A DNA stretch of 15,633 nucleotides from Chlamydiota bacterium (lineage in GTDB: Bacteria; Chlamydiota; Chlamydiia; Chlamydiales; SM23-39). A program made the translations under genes and the position numbers. Below are positions 1 through 10,879 of the stretch, one piece after another; position 1 is the first letter of the stretch, and the number at the start of each line of letters is the position of its first letter. Below the pieces are notes generated by a model. That model was not told the origin of the DNA. It saw only the letters and a program-made list of their open reading frames with translations, and made no database searches. Location of the stretch: NCBI GenBank assembly GCA_039179045.1, contig JBCDEZ010000035.1:1-15633 (forward strand). The letters run 5' to 3'.

Positions 1-84
1 TACTCAAGAAAACCAAGTACTCAAAGAGTAGAAGGTTACTTAAAATGCCTGATGATGAATCAAATGATGAGAACTGAGAGCTAG
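1..84 (+). CDS. IS5/IS903-group transposase, C-terminal fragment (5' partial)
   Basis: Frame 1 reads YSRKPSTQRVEGYLKCLMMNQMMRTES*, which fits the IS903-type tail pattern (xR...Q..E......LN.M). The stop lies 38 nt before the terminal IR. Not in the ORF track. Confidence 0.75.
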   Translation, partial: YSRKPSTQRVEGYLKCLMMNQMMRTES

Positions 85-122
85 AAAACCTTCAAGGATA
101 GTCCTAGTTGGTCTGAAAATCT

Positions 123-140
123 GATTTTTTCAACAAGGCC
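123..140 (-). repeat. IS terminal inverted repeat (IRR), 18 bp, GGCCTTGTTGAAAAAATC on the minus strand
   Basis: One mismatch to 15615-15632. Confidence 0.85.
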
Positions 141-325
141 ATTTTTTGATCGAAATATGTGCAAAACGGACGCTTTTTGGCTGATTTAGCGCTTCAAAAG
201 CAAAAAATTTAGCCACCCGCCTACTGAAGGATAATTCCGGGATCTGTATGGCCGCCTCTAGAATAGAGAAGAGAGACTGGATGTATAGGTAAATCGAATG
301 CAACACCACAGGGCAAATCTGAAGA

Positions 326-349
326 AGCAACCGCATGGTGCGGTATGCT
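326..349 (-). terminator. Possible hairpin terminator downstream of typA
   Basis: AGCA-ACCGCA-TGG-TGCGGT-A-TGCT forms a 10-bp stem with one bulge and a 3-nt loop, 25 nt after the typA stop. The following U-tract is weak (TCTTC). Confidence 0.3.
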
Positions 350-374
350 AAATACAAAACGCCGTCTTTTAGGG

Positions 375-2183
375 CTATTTGCGCTTCCGTTCATGTTCTT
401 TCAGGTGCTTCTTGCGCAGTCGGAGGCCTTTTGGTGTGATTTCCAAAAGTTCGTCTTTTTCTAGGTAGTCGATTGCCTCTTCCAGGGTAAAGACTTTCGG
501 GGGAGTAAGGATTACATTTTCATCGGAGCCCGATGCGCGCATATTTGTAAGCTGCTTGCCTTTTACAGGATTGACCACGAGATCGTTTTCTCTGGAGTGT
601 TCCCCTACGATTTGCCCTTCATAGACTGCATCTCCCGGTTTTAAGAAGAGCGTTCCCCGGTTTTGTAAGTTGAAGCAGGCGTATGCATTCACTTTTCCTG
701 AACAGTTGGCAATGAGCACACCTCTAGCTCTTGTGCGGGAGATCGTTTTCTCCAGGTTGAATGCAGAGAAGGTGGAGGTCAAAATCCCTAGTCCCGATGT
801 CTTCGTAATGAATTCTGATCGGTAGCCCATCAATCCTCTCGTGGGAATCAAAAATGCGAGAGAGGTGATGCCTGTGTCACTAGTGCTCAACGACTGCATT
901 TCTCCTTTTCTTTTGGAAAGATCTTCGATGATCGGACCGGAGAGATTTTCTGGTACCTCAATGTGAACCTTCTCAAAAGGTTCATGGGTGCGTCCTTCCA
1001 CTTGTTTGGTGATGACTTGCGGCTTGGAAATCGCGCACTCATACCCCTCTCTGCGGAGAGTCTCCAAAAGAACAGCAAGGTGAAGTTCCCCTTTTCCGCA
1101 AACCCGAAGAGCATCATCTCGGCCATCGATCTCTTCGATTTTTAAGGTGATATTTGACTCTTTTTCTAGAGCCAAGCGCTCTTTGATCTTATTCATCGTC
1201 ACATATTTGCCCTCTTGCCCAGCGAAAGGACTACTATTGACCATGATCTCGATAGAAACAGTGGGCTCACTGATTGCAATAGGAGGCAACTCTACGATGT
1301 GATCGGGATCGCAGAGGGTATCTCCAATATCGATATTTTCGATTCCTGAAATCACTACAATATCTCCGCAACCAGCTTCAGGAACTTCGACTTTTTCCAG
1401 GCCGAGGTAACTTTCGATTTTCGTGATTTTGTGCTCTGTTTGCTTCCCATCTCTATGGGTATTGACGATCCGATCTCCCTTCGCAATTTTCCCTTCTAGA
1501 ATCCTGCCCGAAGCGCCTCTTCCTGTGAAGGGGTCGTATACTACAGTAGCCGTCTGCATCAAAAAAGAAGCTGTCAGACCTCCAGGGGGAGGAGGACACG
1601 CATCAATGATCAAAGAAAAAAGAGGACCTAAATCGACCGGTGTGTCTTCTACCGAGCGAATCGCATATCCCGAAAGGCCGGAGGCGTAGATGTACGGGAA
1701 GTCGAGCTGCTCGTCTGTGGCACCTAGTTCAAGAAAAAGATCAAAGGTCTCATCCAAAACGCGATCGGGATCTGCATTGGGTCGATCGATCTTGTTGAGA
1801 GCCACAATCGGTTTTAGACCCATTTTCAAAGCGCAAGATAGGACAAAGCGTGTTTGCGGCATCGGTCCTTCTTTCGCATCGACCAAAAGTAGTACCGAAT
1901 TGACCATGCCCAGCACGCGTTCTACTTCTCCCGAAAAATCTGCGTGACCTGGTGTGTCGATGATGTTGATTTTGTGCTCTCCGTAACGCACAGAGGTGGG
2001 CTTGGCAAAAATCGTGATGCCCCGTTCTCTTTCTTGATCATAGCTATCCATGACTCTTTCCGGAAGTGCTTCTGCATCCCGAAAGGTATTGGCTTGCTTC
2101 AAGAGTTCATCGATTAGGGTCGTTTTCCCATGGTCGATGTGTGCGATGATCGCGATGTTGCGAATGTGCTCCGGCGTCTCCAT
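375..2183 (-). CDS. typA: Translational GTPase TypA/BipA
   Basis: [37 protein letters not shown] and NKID G-motifs, plus the BipA-specific C-terminus ([23 protein letters not shown]); 602 aa. Confidence 0.97.
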   Translation of the reverse strand: METPEHIRNIAIIAHIDHGKTTLIDELLKQANTFRDAEALPERVMDSYDQERERGITIFAKPTSVRYGEHKINIIDTPGHADFSGEVERVLGMVNSVLLLVDAKEGPMPQTRFVLSCALKMGLKPIVALNKIDRPNADPDRVLDETFDLFLELGATDEQLDFPYIYASGLSGYAIRSVEDTPVDLGPLFSLIIDACPPPPGGLTASFLMQTATVVYDPFTGRGASGRILEGKIAKGDRIVNTHRDGKQTEHKITKIESYLGLEKVEVPEAGCGDIVVISGIENIDIGDTLCDPDHIVELPPIAISEPTVSIEIMVNSSPFAGQEGKYVTMNKIKERLALEKESNITLKIEEIDGRDDALRVCGKGELHLAVLLETLRREGYECAISKPQVITKQVEGRTHEPFEKVHIEVPENLSGPIIEDLSKRKGEMQSLSTSDTGITSLAFLIPTRGLMGYRSEFITKTSGLGILTSTFSAFNLEKTISRTRARGVLIANCSGKVNAYACFNLQNRGTLFLKPGDAVYEGQIVGEHSRENDLVVNPVKGKQLTNMRASGSDENVILTPPKVFTLEEAIDYLEKDELLEITPKGLRLRKKHLKEHERKRK

Positions 2184-2211
2184 AATTCCCTGATAAATAT
2201 TTGAGTTTCAA

Positions 2212-2228
2212 CAAACTCTCTAATCATA
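2212..2228 (-). promoter_or_regulatory. Putative -10 element (TATGAT) and downstream GAGAGTTTG motif for typA
   Basis: TATGAT at 2228-2223 (5/6 to TATAAT), ~40 nt upstream of the ATG. The same motif occurs upstream of xseA. No good -35 seen. Confidence 0.35.
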
Positions 2229-2582
2229 AAGCAAATGTGTTTTGCATAGCTAGCAGTTTGTGAAAACCGCCTCTTTTCCCATCGGATTTCTTGGAATAAA
2301 AGGATTTTTTCAGCAAGAGGGGTCGTAGAAGGTTGCGAGGGGCAAATTCCATATGGAAGGATCCAAGAAAAACACACTTTTTTGCACTTTTTCTACCCAC
2401 AAATACACCAATCCAAACGTAACTTGAAAAGAGCATCACTAAAAAAGCTTTGCAAAAGCTGTCAAACAAGAGTAAGCGGCTCTTATTCCCTGAAAAATGT
2501 ATCCCCAGTAATCACACTTCATGGTAGGATTTGTACGAATGTGGGAACAAATGGTTTCTTTACTAAGTATTTTCTGGTGGGT

Positions 2583-4028
2583 ATGGATCAAAAATCAGAG
2601 GATTGCGCTTTTTCTCCCGTGCTGGAAGAGACCTCTTCGGAAAAACAGGCCCTGAAAACTCATCTTCAAAGAGCTGTTGCAGATGCTTCTGAAAGCCAGA
2701 TCACAGATCATCTTGCACGCATTGTCAAGAAGTATTCACCGGTAGATCTTGCGTATTGTGTAGAACATATCCCATCCGCAATGCGGCTACCTCTTTACAC
2801 ATTGCTGGGGAATGTACGAGCGCAGATCGCTTTCATCGTACATGTCGATTTTGTGACTAGGCGCGCTATTTTACAAGATATGAATAGTCCCTCTTTTCAA
2901 GCACTTTCTCAGCAGATGCCTGCCACCGAGCTGATTTCCCTTTTAGAGTGCCTGTCTCAAGAGGAATTTTCCCAGAGAATCCAAACTCTTCCGACCAAAA
3001 GAGAACAGGTGCTTCGTAGTCTACGTTCTTGCCCGAAAGATTCTGCAGGTCAAATCATGACCGAGCGTTTTTTTTCCTTCGCTCTTCAAGAGACGATTGC
3101 CGATGCCGCATCCTTGATTCAAGAGCATCCTGAAATCGATTTTGCGCAGGGAATTTTTGTTGTCAATCAAGAGGAGAAGCTACAAGGCTATGTTTCAGTA
3201 CGCGAAATGCTGATCAATTCCCCCTCCAAGTGCCTCGGAGCGATCATGCGTCCTGTAGCGCACAAGGTATATGTACATGCGGCAAGACAAGAGGTGATCG
3301 ATCTTGTGGAGGGGTGCAAACTTCCCAGTTTAGCTGTGGTAGATGAGCAAGAGCGGTTGGTTGGTGTAATCACAGCAGAAGATGTACTAGAAGCGTTAGA
3401 GGACTTGACAGATGAGACGATGGCAATGATCGCCGGGACAGGAGAGTGTCCTCATATAGATCAGACGGTATTAGCTCGCTGTTTTGCTCGCTCTCCTTGG
3501 CTTTTTGTAACCCTCTTGTCTGGGTTTCTCAATGTGGTCATGATGTCTTATTCTGGTCAGTATTTTGGGGATGCTTTTTTTTTCATTTTTTTCTTTGTGC
3601 CGTTAGTGACAGGTCTTTCGGGCAATATCGGGATCCAATGCAGTACCGTTTTGGTGCGCAATTTTGCGCTCGGTGCTGTTTCTTCCCGCAGCAAGCCTGC
3701 AGCTATGGGCAAGGAACTCGTGTCGGGGTTGCTTAACGGCTTTTTCTTCGGCTTGTTATGCGGAGGGTGCATCTATTTCTTTGCTAGTTTGTTTGCGGCC
3801 AATCTCGGTGTAGCTCCATTTTCTGTAGCGCTCGTTGTAGCTGCGGGCCTGATGGGAGCTTGTTTTGCAGGAACATTTTTAGGTGTTTTCTCTCCGCTTT
3901 TCTTTCTCAAGATTGGTGTTGATCCTGCAATTTCCTCCGGTCCAATCATCACTGCATTCAATGATTTTCTTTCCATGTTTATCTATTTTTTCATTGCCTG
4001 GGGATTGCACGCGGTTTTTCTTTCATGA
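2583..4028 (+). CDS. mgtE: Magnesium transporter MgtE (N-domain, CBS pair, TM domain)
   Basis: YSPVDLAY N-domain, SAGQIMT and LVGVITAEDV CBS motifs, RSPWL, SGNIGIQ, GVDPAISSGPIITAFND. Start moved from the TTG at 2382 to ATG 2583 (MDQKS...), matching chlamydial MgtE length; 481 aa. Confidence 0.93.
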   Translation: MDQKSEDCAFSPVLEETSSEKQALKTHLQRAVADASESQITDHLARIVKKYSPVDLAYCVEHIPSAMRLPLYTLLGNVRAQIAFIVHVDFVTRRAILQDMNSPSFQALSQQMPATELISLLECLSQEEFSQRIQTLPTKREQVLRSLRSCPKDSAGQIMTERFFSFALQETIADAASLIQEHPEIDFAQGIFVVNQEEKLQGYVSVREMLINSPSKCLGAIMRPVAHKVYVHAARQEVIDLVEGCKLPSLAVVDEQERLVGVITAEDVLEALEDLTDETMAMIAGTGECPHIDQTVLARCFARSPWLFVTLLSGFLNVVMMSYSGQYFGDAFFFIFFFVPLVTGLSGNIGIQCSTVLVRNFALGAVSSRSKPAAMGKELVSGLLNGFFFGLLCGGCIYFFASLFAANLGVAPFSVALVVAAGLMGACFAGTFLGVFSPLFFLKIGVDPAISSGPIITAFNDFLSMFIYFFIAWGLHAVFLS

Positions 4029-4068
4029 ATCGAAGATTTCCTATAAACTGGGAAAGTGGTATGTATCC

Positions 4069-4395
4069 ATGAAAAGAGTGCGGAAAAGCGGTTCTACAAC
4101 AGATTCTCCTATCAAGAAAATTGCTCCTTTGCTTGAGGACTTTCTTGATAAAATGCGCCCACGAAAAGAGCGGGAAAAGACGGTGGTATTCCAGGCTTGG
4201 TACACTCTCGTAGGTGCTCGAATGCAAGATCTCACCTCTCCTGTCTCTTTTTATGAGGGCGTTTTGACGGTGTCTGTCAAAACGCACACCCTCTACACCT
4301 TTCTCTGCACACATGAAACCGAGCGCCTCTTGCAAGAGATGAGAAGGAAGGTACGAAAACCGCCAATTAAGAAAATCCGATTTAAAATCGGCTAA
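4069..4395 (+). CDS. dciA: DUF721 family protein (DciA-like replicative helicase loader)
   Basis: Basic 108-aa protein with AW..LVG......TSP......GVL.VSV and C-terminal IKKIRFKIG, directly upstream of gyrB. Start set at ATG 4069 to avoid overlap with mgtE. Confidence 0.8.
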   Translation: MKRVRKSGSTTDSPIKKIAPLLEDFLDKMRPRKEREKTVVFQAWYTLVGARMQDLTSPVSFYEGVLTVSVKTHTLYTFLCTHETERLLQEMRRKVRKPPIKKIRFKIG

Positions 4396-4412
4396 TGAGT
4401 TATGAGATATAA

Positions 4413-6905
<2,493 letters not shown>

Positions 6906-6928
6906 GGTAAAGGAGAACGAATCCCGTT

Positions 6929-9376
6929 ATGAGCTATACGGAAAACGAAGAAATTGTCCCACGCAATGTCGAAGAGGAAATGTGCGAGAGCTATTTGCGC
7001 TATTCGATGTCTGTCATCATTTCACGAGCGCTGCCCGATGTGCGCGATGGATTGAAACCCTCGCAAAGAAGGATTCTCTACGCGATGCGCGCTTTGCATC
7101 TGTCTCCAGGAGCTAAGTACCGCAAATGCGCGAAAATTTCTGGAGATACCTCGGGAGACTTCCACCCACACGGAGAAAGTGTAATCTATCCCACGCTTGT
7201 GCGGATGGCCCAGAAATGGGCAATGCGCTATCCCCTCATTGATGGGCAAGGCAACTTTGGATCGATTGATGGAGATCCTCCCGCTGCGATGAGGTATACC
7301 GAGGCCAAGCTCACCTTCGCCTCGATGAGTCTTATGGAGGATCTCGACAAAGATACCGTAGACCACCTACCCAATTACGACGAGACAAAGACGGAACCGA
7401 CGGTTTTCCCTGCGAAATTTCCCAACCTTCTTTGCAACGGCTCTTCAGGAATCGCTGTGGGCATGGCTACGAATATCCCCCCCCACAACTTGCGCGAGCT
7501 GATTGCAGCAACCCTCCTGGTTCTACAAGATAAACAAGTCTCCATCGAAGAGATCATGAAGGTGATGCCCGGCCCCGATTTCCCCACGGGAGGGGTGATT
7601 TCAGGATTCCGTGGTATACGAGAGGCTTACCACACAGGAAGAGGTAAGATTCTTCTGCGTGGCGTTCTTGATGTGGAGGAGATCAAAGAGGGCAAGTCGG
7701 CTCTCATCGTAAGCGAGATTCCCTACAATGTGAATAAATCGCGCCTGATCGAACAAATCGCACAACTCATCACCAACAAAACAATCACGGGTATCAGCGA
7801 TATTCGCGACGATTCGGACAAGCAAGGTCTACGCATCCACTTAGAACTCAAAAGAAACGAGATTCCCGAGGTGATCATCAATCAACTCTACAAGTTTAGT
7901 GACCTACAGGTGACCTTCGGCTGCAATATGGTGGCGCTCGACAAAGGACTGCCTCGAGTGATGAACATTCGCGAGTTCATCGTGGGGTGGATGCACCATA
8001 GAATAGAGGTTATCCGGAGAAGAACGCGCTATGAACTACGCAAAGCAGAGGCGCGTGCGCACGTATTAGAAGGCTACCTCCGCGCTCTTGAGCACCTCGA
8101 CGCTGTCATCCAATTGATCCGTTCTTCTCAAGACAAGCAGCATGCAAAGCGAGCTCTTGTTGAGCAGTTCTCCTTTTCTAGCGCCCAGGCGAACGCTGTT
8201 TTGGATCTCCGCCTCTATCAAATCACCTCTCTTGAAAAGGAAAAAGTAGAGGAAGAGTATGCGGAACTACAAAAAAAGATCGCGCACTACCGGGCAATCC
8301 TCGGATCAGAGAGTATGGTAAAAGAGATCATTCGCACCGAGCTCGAAGGTTTGCTTGTAAAGCACAAAGCGGAGCGAATGACACAGATCACCGCTGCCGA
8401 AAGTGAGCTTCATATGGAAGATCTCATCCGCGAAGAGCAGGTAATTGTCACGATATCTGACGATGATTACATCAAGAGAATGCCTATTTCGGCATTCCGC
8501 GAGCAAAAGCGAGGAGGCCATGGTGTTATCGGTATGGAAATGAAAAAAGAAGATGCCCTCAAAATGGCTTATGTCTGCTCGACCCACGACCAGCTTCTGA
8601 TCTTCACGAGTTTAGGGCGTTGCTACTGGCTCAAAACGTGGCAGATACCTGAGGCAGGACGCAGATCCAAAGGCAAGCCGTTTGTCAATCTGCTAGATGG
8701 GCTGCGCGACGGCGAAAAGGTCGCGGCGATCGTCCATGTAAAGAGTTTTGAAGATCCCGGAGGGGTAGTCCTGACTACTTTGCGTGGTGTTGTCAAAAAA
8801 ACAGAGCTCAAAGCATTTGCCAATCCTCGGAGAAAGGGTGTCTACGCGATCAATATCGATGAGGACGATGAGCTGATCGCAGCGCATCACGTCTGCGAAA
8901 AACAGCAGATCATGATCTTCACAAGAAATGGGATGGCCGTCCGTTTCGATGAGAGCCAGGTACGCTCTATGGGGCGCGTTGCGCGGGGAGTGCGCGGCGT
9001 TTCCCTGAAAAATGCGGAGGATTGTGTAGTTGGTTCTGAGGTAGTCAATGGAGACGAATCGATTCTGATCGTCTGTGAGAATGGCTATGGCAAACGCTCC
9101 AAAGTGAACCACTTCCGACAAACGAATCGAGGAGGTGTAGGGGTGCGCTCCATCATCGCCTCGATCCGCAACGGGTTTGTCATTGGCGCTTGCATTGCCT
9201 CCGATGAGGAGAGTGTTTTCTTGATCTCAGATGCCGGTCAAAGCGTCCGGATCCGCATGGAGAGCGTCCGCGTGATGGGAAGATCAACACAAGGCGTGCG
9301 CCTTTTGACCCTCAAAGAGGGCAAAGTGGTGAGCATGCAAAAAATTCCTGCGACAACCGAAGAGGCCTTCTCTTGA
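6929..9376 (+). CDS. gyrA: DNA gyrase subunit A
   Basis: RALPDVRDGLKP, HPHGES, AAMRYTE (catalytic Tyr), GyrA-box-like QKRGGHG and pinwheel repeats. AAGGAG at 6910-6915. Confidence 0.98.
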   Translation: MSYTENEEIVPRNVEEEMCESYLRYSMSVIISRALPDVRDGLKPSQRRILYAMRALHLSPGAKYRKCAKISGDTSGDFHPHGESVIYPTLVRMAQKWAMRYPLIDGQGNFGSIDGDPPAAMRYTEAKLTFASMSLMEDLDKDTVDHLPNYDETKTEPTVFPAKFPNLLCNGSSGIAVGMATNIPPHNLRELIAATLLVLQDKQVSIEEIMKVMPGPDFPTGGVISGFRGIREAYHTGRGKILLRGVLDVEEIKEGKSALIVSEIPYNVNKSRLIEQIAQLITNKTITGISDIRDDSDKQGLRIHLELKRNEIPEVIINQLYKFSDLQVTFGCNMVALDKGLPRVMNIREFIVGWMHHRIEVIRRRTRYELRKAEARAHVLEGYLRALEHLDAVIQLIRSSQDKQHAKRALVEQFSFSSAQANAVLDLRLYQITSLEKEKVEEEYAELQKKIAHYRAILGSESMVKEIIRTELEGLLVKHKAERMTQITAAESELHMEDLIREEQVIVTISDDDYIKRMPISAFREQKRGGHGVIGMEMKKEDALKMAYVCSTHDQLLIFTSLGRCYWLKTWQIPEAGRRSKGKPFVNLLDGLRDGEKVAAIVHVKSFEDPGGVVLTTLRGVVKKTELKAFANPRRKGVYAINIDEDDELIAAHHVCEKQQIMIFTRNGMAVRFDESQVRSMGRVARGVRGVSLKNAEDCVVGSEVVNGDESILIVCENGYGKRSKVNHFRQTNRGGVGVRSIIASIRNGFVIGACIASDEESVFLISDAGQSVRIRMESVRVMGRSTQGVRLLTLKEGKVVSMQKIPATTEEAFS

Positions 9377-9981
9377 AAAAGGCTCCCTTCATTACACTGG
9401 AGGGAGGGGACCGCTCGGGCAAGACGAGCGTAGCTCGCTTTTTGCAAGAGCGCTTGGAAGCTAAGGGAGTGGCTCACCGCCTTGTGCGCGAGCCGGGGGG
9501 AACGTTTCTGGGAGAAAAGCTACGCTCTTTGCTTTTGGAAGAGTCGTTGCAGATCGGAAAGCAAGCGGAGCTGGCCCTCTTTTTAGGAGCGCGCTCCCAG
9601 TTGATTGAAGAGATCATTGCCCCAAGTCTGGCTGCCGGTGTGCTGGTGCTAGCAGATCGCTTCCACGACTCTTCCATCGCCTATCAAGGTGCAGGCAGGG
9701 GCCTCGGAGAAGAGTTTGTTGAGCGCTTGGGCTCTCTTTTTTGGGGAGATTTTTCTCCCGATCTGACCCTCTTTTTCGACATCGATCCCGAAGAGGCGCA
9801 GAAACGAGGCTTTTTTACCCAAGACCGGATCGAGTCAGAAGAGCTCTCTTTTCATCAAATCATCCGCGCAAGTTACCTGCGTCTTGCAAAAAAGCACGCT
9901 CGCATCCGCACAATCGATGCGCAGCTTCCCCTGATCGAAGTGCAAAAGACGGCTTGGAATCTAGTAGAGGCACACTTGTAG
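9373..9981 (+). CDS. tmk: Thymidylate kinase (dTMP kinase)
   Basis: FITLEGGDRSGKT P-loop, REPGGT, DRF..SS.AYQG, PDLT, DRIE. TTG start overlaps the gyrA stop (TTGA). Confidence 0.96.
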   Translation: MKKAPFITLEGGDRSGKTSVARFLQERLEAKGVAHRLVREPGGTFLGEKLRSLLLEESLQIGKQAELALFLGARSQLIEEIIAPSLAAGVLVLADRFHDSSIAYQGAGRGLGEEFVERLGSLFWGDFSPDLTLFFDIDPEEAQKRGFFTQDRIESEELSFHQIIRASYLRLAKKHARIRTIDAQLPLIEVQKTAWNLVEAHL

Positions 9982-9985
9982 GCAG

Positions 9986-10879
9986 ATGGTAGAGAGCAAT
10001 CAGCAAATCAAAAAGCGCCTTGAGGAGGCGGTTTTTAACAAGACCCTTCCCCAAGTGCTTCTCTTCCATGGGCCTAAGGGAGTGGGTAAGTCTGCTTGCG
10101 CCCGAAGTCTAGCGGCGAAAATCTTGGATGACACCGCGGGGCGCGTCCTGCAAAATACTCATCCCGACTTGCAAGAGCTTTCCCCCCAAGAACAGGGCTA
10201 TGCAATTGAGGCGGTTCGCGCTTTTTGCGCCTCTACCTCGACACCACCTTTCCTCGCCTCTAGGAAGGTGGCCCTTTTTCATGAGGCAGACCAACTCTCC
10301 ATTCCGGCACAAAACGCTCTTTTAAAAACGTTGGAGGAACCTTCATCTGGGATGATTTTTTTCCTCATCACCGAGAAAAAAGCTGCGCTTTTGCCTACCA
10401 TACTCTCCCGCTCTGCCTGTTTTGCTTTCCAAAAAATCGGGGAAGCCGAAGCGGTGCGCACGTTACTCTCTTCCGATCAAATCTCTCCAAGAGAGGCCAA
10501 AAGAGCCTGGCGGCTTGCAGACGGCTCCCTTCTTGAAGCACAAAAAATCTTGGAGGGGAAAAACCTCCTTCTTCCTCAAGTAATGGATCTTTTATCCCAA
10601 TCTGCATATCTCCCCTATATGGAGCGGGCAAAAAAGATCGCGCAGCTTCCCGAAGAGGAGCTGTCTCCTCTTTTTACCTACATTCTTTTTTGGTACCGCG
10701 ACCTTGCCTGGGGTCCGGAGCATTTTTTCCAAGAGGAGCTTCCCGATGCGCTTTGTACAAGGCCTTTTCAAGAGATCTTTTCCCTAGTAGAACAAGTGCA
10801 AAGCGCCTGGAGGCTGCATATGAGGATCGAAGATTGCTTGGAGATCCTATTTTTTGAAGTGTTGGAACACCGTTCCTGA
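9986..10879 (+). CDS. holB: DNA polymerase III subunit delta'
   Basis: LLFHGPKGVGK, HPD, AQNALLKTLEEP, LLPTILSR; conserved position after tmk. Confidence 0.9.
   Translation: MVESNQQIKKRLEEAVFNKTLPQVLLFHGPKGVGKSACARSLAAKILDDTAGRVLQNTHPDLQELSPQEQGYAIEAVRAFCASTSTPPFLASRKVALFHEADQLSIPAQNALLKTLEEPSSGMIFFLITEKKAALLPTILSRSACFAFQKIGEAEAVRTLLSSDQISPREAKRAWRLADGSLLEAQKILEGKNLLLPQVMDLLSQSAYLPYMERAKKIAQLPEEELSPLFTYILFWYRDLAWGPEHFFQEELPDALCTRPFQEIFSLVEQVQSAWRLHMRIEDCLEILFFEVLEHRS

Larger units (their letters stand above)
1..140 (+). mobile_element. Right end of an IS5-family (IS903-group) insertion sequence, cut by the window edge
   Basis: Transposase-like C-terminus at 1-84 is followed by GATTTTTTCAACAAGGCC (123-140). 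This is 17/18 identical to the repeat at 15615-15632, and its reverse complement resembles the IS903 18-bp IR GGCTTTGTTGAATAAATC. Confidence 0.85.

Noticed and set aside
141..149. 9-bp target-site duplication for the IS copies
   Set aside because: ATTTTTTGA has no matching partner at the 15290 junction, and the other flanks lie outside the window.
2203..2220. GAGAGTTTG resembles the 16S rRNA 5' end, and GTTTGTTGAAAC resembles a CRISPR repeat end
   Set aside because: No further rRNA similarity, no repeat-spacer periodicity and no cas genes.
2382..2582. 67-codon N-terminal extension of MgtE from the TTG at 2382
   Set aside because: No RBS, AT-rich promoter-like composition, and similarity to chlamydial MgtE starts only near ATG 2583.
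2184..2582. Possible replication origin (AT-rich, strand switch, near gyrB)
   Set aside because: Only poor DnaA-box matches (e.g. CTACCCACA, TGTGAAAAC), with no box cluster and no dnaA/dnaN.
3568..3600. T-runs in mgtE as a phase-variation site
   Set aside because: Explained by a Phe-rich transmembrane helix (AFFFIFFFV); the frame is intact.
3883..4068. Long N-terminus of the DUF721 ORF in the track
   Set aside because: It overlaps 146 nt of mgtE; ATG 4069 gives the expected ~110-aa protein.
7163..7195. GyrA QRDR HPHGESVIYPT differs from E. coli HPHGDSAVYDT
   Set aside because: The Ser83 equivalent is retained and the sequence looks like the ordinary chlamydial type, so it is not evidence of acquired resistance.
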